Below are positions 53,891 through 64,000 of a DNA stretch of 64,000 nt, piece after piece. This DNA comes from Eimeria praecox (Eukaryota). Location: assembly GCA_963920595.1 (NCBI GenBank), contig OY986950.1, positions 3,968,001 to 4,032,000 of the forward strand, in the 5' to 3' direction. The position numbers were made by a program, and so were the translations under genes. How positions within the stretch are numbered: position 1 is the stretch's first letter; each line of letters starts with the position of its first letter. The notes below the pieces were generated by a model that was not told the DNA's origin, ran no database searches, and worked only from the letters and a program-made list of their open reading frames with translations.

Positions 53891-56800
53891 ATGGAGATGA
53901 TTATCTATTCAAGTCGTTGGCCTCCGCTGCAGCGGCGACGCCAGCTGCTGCTGCTGCAGCAGTTGCTGCTGCTGCTGCTGCTGCTCCCGTTGCTGCTGCT
54001 GCTGCTTTCTAATGGGGGAGCCTCTGCAGCAGATTCGATGGTTAGTTAACTTCTATCATTTCTTTTGTTATCTTGAAAACCCTAAACCCTAGATAAACCC
54101 GACAACAATAGAGGCCGAGAAAGCCGTCTTTGATAGCCACAATCTAGGGTTTAGGGTTTAGGGTTTAGGGTTTAGGGTTTAGGGTTGGTGTCTGTGTATG
54201 CAGGAGGTCATACGTCCTTCCATCCATGCAGGAAGCTGGTTTCCTGGCACAGGTATCTAAACCCTAAACCCTAAACCCTAAACCCTAATTATTATTTTGA
54301 ACTAGATTTGGGGTTATATAGGTGCTGCGTCTCCGGCGTCGCCTCCCACATCTTCAGATTAGGGTTTAGGGTTTAGGGTTTAGGGTTTAGGGTTTAGGGT
54401 TTGGGGGTTAATTGTGCAGCCGCCGACCTTCGTGCTGCTGTCGATACAATGCTAGAGAATGCCCCGACAGTACAAGGCACGGTGAAGACGATTGTCGTGC
54501 CGTACATCCTAAACCCTAAACCCTAAACCCTAATTCTAAACCCTTAACCCTAGACCCTAATTTGCAGTTTGTATAGAGGCCCCTGCGGAGACTCGCGACT
54601 CCGTGGAGCAGAGCACTTGGGGCTCAAACGCTGTAATCCACGGCCTAGGGTTTAGGGTTTAGGGTTTAGGGTTTAGGGTTTAGGGTTTATGTGCAGGCAT
54701 GCAGCGTTTCAGTACTCAGGACCAACAGCAGCTGCGGCATTTAAACAGATGTCTTCTCTTCAACGTACAGTGTAAGAATGGCTTCTGTCCTGTTCTGCCC
54801 ATATCTAGGGTTTAGGGTTTAGGGTTTAGGGTTTAGGGTTTAGGGTTTAGGGTTTGGGGTTTACAGGAAACGTGTTGTGCTGCTGGCTACCTGGCACGCT
54901 GATGCTGCTTCTCTTCTTCTTCCTCCTGAGGAGTTTAGTGCTTTCGGGACACCTATAGGATCTGTGCCTCTCGATAGAGAAGGTAAACCCTAAACCCTAA
55001 ACCCTAGACCCTAAACCCTAAACCCTAAGCATTAAACCCTAAACCCTAAACCCTAAGACGTTGGACAAACCCTAACACCTAACACCTGTCGATAAACCGA
55101 GTGCAACAGCTCGTTAACTTCTTGATACAGCCTCGTAGCAGAACACAATACCTCACAGTCTAGGGTTTAGGGTTTAGGGTTTAGGGTTTAGGGTTTAGGG
55201 TTTGGTGCAGCCCTGAGCGCGTTATATTCTACGGGCCTTTACGACACCGCTCCCGCGGAGCTGGAGATTCAAGAGCATTCTATATCTGTTCAGATCCCCT
55301 TCTTAAAGAGGGTCTTGCCAGAGTGAGGGTTTAGGGTTTAGGGTTTAGGGTTTAGGGTTTAGGGTTTTTTAGGGGACGCAACAGGCAAACCGCGAAGGAT
55401 TAGGGAATGCTCCAGCGCCATCCTCTAGGGTTTACGGTCTGAGATAGAGAATTTAGGGTTTAGGGTTTAGGGTTTAGGGTTTAGGGTTTAGGGTTTAGGG
55501 TTTGTACTGCAGAGGAGCTCTCTTGCTGCCCATATATGTGGGGACGATAGCTGAGGAGGACCTGCCGATGTATGGTGAGGCGAAGACATAAACCCTAAAC
55601 CCTAAACCACAAACCCTAAACCCTAAACCACAAACCCTAAACCCTAAACCACAAACCCTAAACCCTAAACCACAAACCCTAACACACAGATCCGCCGCAG
55701 AGGCGACCCGCTGAATGTGCTTCAGAATTCTATCAGAGACGGCTAGCTAGCTAGCTAGACAGACAGATAGACAGCTAGCTAGCTAGCTAGCTAGCTAGCT
55801 AGACAGTTAGTTAGAGGCCTAACACGGAAGCATGTCCTTTCCTCTCCTTGACACGAGACTGGCAGCAAGGGCTCAGGGTTTAGGGTTTAGGGTTTAGGGT
55901 TTAGGGTTTAGGGTTTAGGGTTTGTGCCTCAGCGGAGACCCTGGCTCCATTCTTCATGGATCCGGTAGGTACTCCTTCCCAGCTAGCTATCTGATTAGCT
56001 AGCTAGCCAGCCAGCTAGCTAGCTAGCCAGCTAGCTAGCTAGTCGGGTAGATAGATAGATGGATAGATAGATAGTTAGATAGATAGCTAGCTAGCTAGCC
56101 ACCTGACGGCATAGCTTACGTTCTATCAGATTCCTCCGCTAGCTAGCTAGGCAGCACTACATATCTTTCTTGGATAGCTAGCTAGCTAGCCAGCTAGCTG
56201 CCCCAGCTAGCTAGCTAGCTAGCCAAGTGAGGGGTGTGCGAGGGTACAGGACACCGTCTTCGTTATTTCTACGGATTGGTCTCACTGGGGCCCGAGGTAA
56301 ACCCTAATTATAAACCCTAACCCTAAACCCTAGTTCTAAACCCTAAACCCTAGCTCGAAACCCTCAAACCCTCGTCTCTTTCTGAAATCGCCTAAGGCCC
56401 CTGACTAGCCCTGAGGGTTTAGGGTTTTAGAGTGAAGATTTAAGGTGTTGGCCTGTGGGTTTAGTTGATAAGCCTGTAAACCCTAAACCCTAAACCCTAA
56501 ACCCTAGATTTTTTTTCTTCGCAGGTTCGGCTACTTGTATCTTCCCAGCAACGTCGACCAATCTCTGCCTCTCTACAAGAAGATAGAGGTGCGTTCAAAC
56601 CCTAAACCCTCACCCTCACAAAGCTGCTGCTCTTACTCTCTGCGTTTGTGTCTTAGAACTTAGGGTTTAGGGTTTAGGGTTTAGGGTTTAGGGTTGGGTG
56701 CTTTGTGTGGCGGCTCAGGCACTAGATCGCGAGGCAATTGATTGTGTCTTGAATTTAGACGCTGTTTGTAAGCCCTTACATTTCTCCTAAAAAATTGAAC

Positions 56801-58106
56801 TGTGTCTGCTGAGGGTTTAGGGTTTAGGGTTTAGGGTTTAGGGTTGAGGGTTTAGGGTTTGGTGTGATGAAGCATGCTGTGGGCAAACAAGAAACTCGAA
56901 GAAAAAGCAGAGAGTAGTCAACACTCAGCAGCATGAAGCAGACTGTGCTGGGGTGTATATACAGGTCTCGAAGAGCATATCCAAAGGACAGGCAATTTAA
57001 TATGTGGTTATAGCGCCCTTCATTTATTTTTGCGTGTAAGCAAAAATAATTCTTTGTAGTCGAATGCTTTAAAAATAAAAAAAGAAAGCTTCTTGGGGAT
57101 CTGAAATTTGAGTATATTATGTTGAGGTGTATAGGCAGCTATGTGCATTTCCTGCGGTGTATCTGCAGGTACTCGAGAGAGTAGCCAGCGCTTCAGGGGC
57201 GCAGCATAAAGACATTTTGTCTCCTTCTCTCCTGAAATATGCCCAAGTATGTACTATTTGCCGTATTTCCATTATTCTGCTAAAAATTCGCCTTCATATG
57301 ATGCTCGGGTGCATAGGCAACTAGGGTGTATAGGCAGCTCGGGTGTATAGGCAGCTCGGGTGTATAGGCAGCTCGGGTGTATAGGCAACTAGGGTGTATA
57401 GGCAGCTCGGGTGTATAGGCAGCTGGGGTGTATAGGCAGCTCGGGTGTATAGGCAGCTGGGGTGTATAGGCAGCTCGGGTGTATAGGCAGCTCGGGTGTA
57501 TAGGCAGCTCGGGTGTATAGGCAGCTCGGGTGTATAGGCAGCTCGGGTGTATAGGCAGCTCAGGTGTATAGGCAGCTCGGGTGTATAGGCAACTCGGGTG
57601 TATAGGCAGCTCGGGTGTATAGGCAGCTCACGGATGAAAGGTTTTTTTGTGTTTTTTCTTGTTTCTCTGGGGTATTTTGGCGGTTTTTTTTGTATAGCTA
57701 TGCTTGTTTTCTCTTTTTAAATTAACTTTTTATTTTGTATTTTATTTTTAAGTTTTAAAATCGTTTTCTACAGAAAATAATTTGAATTTCGTTCTCTTCA
57801 ACAACCGCGTTTAAGCATGAGTGATATCACAGATGTGTTCGTGTTTGTTGGTGGTGGGGTGTTCAATTACTCTAATGTTCATATTTATATTTATATTTAT
57901 ATTTATATTTATATTTATATTTATATTTATATTTATATTTATATTTATATTTATATTTATATTTATATTTGTATTTATGTTTATATTTACATTTATATTT
58001 ATATTTATATTTATATTTTTTGTTTTGTTTGCAGTCTGACGCCATCAAATCAGATACAGAGAATTCTGTGGGCTATGCAGCTCTTGGGTTTTTCAGGAAA
58101 TCTTGA
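53891..58106 (+). CDS. MEMO1: MEMO1-family (AmmeMemoRadiSam protein B-like) protein, 14 exons, with N-terminal poly-Leu leader
   Basis: Exons 53891-54040, 54204-54252, 54420-54501, 54697-54771, 54867-54982, 55211-55322, 55513-55574, 55933-55964, 56250-56296, 56525-56588, 56719-56767, 56965-57035, 57169-57246 and 58035-58106 splice in frame. Motifs: [74 protein letters not shown]. Confidence 0.92.
57307..57629 (+). repeat. 17-bp minisatellite GGGTGTATAGGCAGCTC (~19 copies) in the last MEMO1 intron
   Basis: Units start at 57324, 57341, 57358 and onward, with no spacers. Confidence 0.95.
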
Positions 58107-58464
58107 TTCCTTCGATTAGGATATTAGAATATATAAATATATAATGCAATGTTATATATATAGAGAGAGAGAGATAGATAGATATAGATAGATATAGATA
58201 TAGATAGATAAATAGATAGATATAGATAGATATAGAAATAGATATAGATATAGATAGAAGGAATAGGAGAAGAAGAAGTAATCTTCGTATTCTCTTTTGT
58301 CTTAATTAATTATTTCTATTAATAACGTTTTTTATCTATCGCGCCTCTCAGGCAGATATTTTGGTGTTTTCTGTTTTTACGTTTTCTTCATCTGCTTGTT
58401 TTAATGCTTTAATTCATCTTCTGTTTTATTCTCGGGGTGTGTCAGTAAACTCGAGTCGTAGCTT

Positions 58465-58511
58465 CTGGGGTGTATAGGCAGCTAGTTACTTTAGCTGCCT
58501 ATACACCCCAG
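58465..58511. repeat. Perfect 20-bp inverted repeat with a 7-nt loop
   Basis: CTGGGGTGTATAGGCAGCTA-gttactt-TAGCTGCCTATACACCCCAG. Confidence 0.95.
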
Positions 58512-58680
58512 CTGTGTGTAATTATTCCCTTGTTTCTTTAAATCCATGATGTTAGGCTTCGACTGATGCTGCCTGTACACCCGAACCTTCTCTTTATTTT
58601 CTTTATCTTTAATTTAAAAGGCCTTACACTTAGCTATAGAGATATAGCTATATTATAGATATAGAGACAGTTATATATAC

Positions 58681-58713
<33 letters not shown>

Positions 58714-58732
58714 TAAATATATTGATAGACAG

Positions 58733-58773
<41 letters not shown>

Positions 58774-59400
58774 GGGGGAGTTGAATGCGGTAGAAAGCCC
58801 TTCTGAAGGTTTATAATCTCCTATAAACTATTATACCTTGCTTTCAATTTGTAGCCTCTCTGAGTCTAAAGAAGCTGAAACCCTAAACCCTAATCCTAAA
58901 CCCTAATCCTAAACCCTAGACCCTAAACCCCAAACCCTAGGCTTCATACGCACTCGCAGTTTGTTTAAAGACATAAGGGGGGGCTTCCCTTTGAGGGGTT
59001 TAAATGAGTTTGAAGCTTTGGTTGCTTAGGGTTTGAAAGAGTTTGATATGTTGATTAGGGTTTAGGGTTTTGTGGAGATGTGTAGTATAAACCCTAATGT
59101 ATGAAGCCACGAAAAAATGTTTGGAGGTTTCTGTTCATGTGTATAATATATAATATATATATAATTAATAATTTTTAATATAATGAGGTTTGTTTCCTTT
59201 GTTTGAATTGTTTTTTTTATATATAATTTGTTTATATTTTCTGCTTTTATTTTCATATTTTTTTTTCTATGATTTGCGGTGTATGTACACCTGGTGGCGG
59301 TTGTAGTAGTTAGTGTGTATGTTGGGTGCATTTTGTGTGTTTTTGTTGAAAATTGTTTGTTTTTATTTGTTTTTTTTTGTTTTTTTCTTGTATTTGTGTT

Positions 59401-62998
<3,598 letters not shown>

Positions 62999-64000
62999 CT
63001 AAGAAGAATAATAATTAATTAATTAATTAATTAATTAATTAATTAATTAATTATTTAATTAATTAATTATAATTTAATTAAGTTGTATTATATTAATTAT
63101 TATTTAAATAGTTATTTAATTCATTATAATTATATTATTTATTTATTTATTTATTATTATACATATTATAGGCATATTCTAATATATAAATAATATATTA
63201 TATATACATACAAATCTAATATATAAAACACAAACAAAATAAATAAACAAAAACAAACAAGAAACATAAAAAATATAAAATATAAAATATAAAATATAAA
63301 ATATAAAATATAAAATATAACATATAAAATATAAAATATAAAATATAAAATATAACATATAAAATATAAAATATAAAATATAAAATATAAAATATAAAAT
63401 ATAAAATATAAAATATAGAATATAAAGTATAAAATATATAAAAAACAAAACAAGAACAAACAAACAAGAAACAAAAACAAATACGAAGAATAAAACGAAA
63501 ACAAAACAAATAAAACAAATAAAACAAATACAACAAATAAAACAAATAAAACAAATAAAAACAAACAAAACAAAGTAAAAACAAACACAAATAAAATAAA
63601 ACCAACGTAAAAACAAATGAAAACAAAAACAAACAAAATAAAACAAAATAAAAACAAATAAAACAAATAAAACAAATAAAACAAATAAAACAAATAAAAC
63701 AAATAAAACAAAATAAAAACAAATAGAACAAATAAAACGAATAAAACAAATAAAATAAAAACAAATACAAACAAAACAAAACAAAATGAAAACAAAATAA
63801 AAACAATTAAATATATAAAACCAAACAAAACAAAATAAAAACAAATACAAACAAAATAAAAACAAAATATAAAAACAATATAAAAACAATTAAATATATA
63901 TAAACAAATACAAACAAAATAAAAACAAACAAAAACAAAATATAAGAACAAGATATAAAAACAGATATTAAAACAAATAAATATAAGTATAAACAAACAA

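Noticed and set aside
57307..57629. Possible CRISPR array
   Set aside because: Contiguous 17-bp units with no unique spacers, inside a eukaryotic intron, with no cas genes.
63166..63996. Long Phe/Val/Tyr/Ile-rich ORFs
   Set aside because: Translations of low-complexity AT-rich repeats open in three frames; most likely PKAr intron.

Overview
Eukaryotic, intron-rich DNA with the hallmarks of a coccidian (Eimeria-type) genome: CAG/CTG repeats, interstitial telomere-like AAACCCT/AGGGTTT heptamers, and TGCATGCA, (AGCT)n and (AT)n tracts. The species cannot be fixed from sequence alone. About 1-18.2 kb is repeat-poor and gene-poor, C/A-skewed on the + strand, with a ~1.3 kb near-identical duplication. 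From ~18.7 kb the window is repeat-rich and gene-dense. Manually spliced genes are MCM10 (-), NDC80 (+), a secreted hypothetical (-), a RAP/HPR/OPR-like helical-repeat protein (-), RRP4 (-), two small hypotheticals (-), a MEMO1-family protein with a poly-Leu signal peptide (+) and a 5'-truncated PKA regulatory subunit (-). A degenerate retropepsin-like remnant lies near 44 kb. The most striking unexplained pattern is that intronic telomeric repeats are polarised: (AAACCCT)n follows the splice donor and its complement (AGGGTTT)n precedes the acceptor. Many introns could therefore fold into a stem that joins their two splice sites. Related observations are donors built partly from the repeat, three GC-AG introns, exon-end 'echo' copies inside introns, and a dispersed GGTGTAnnnACACC palindrome. 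All exon boundaries and counts were read by eye.
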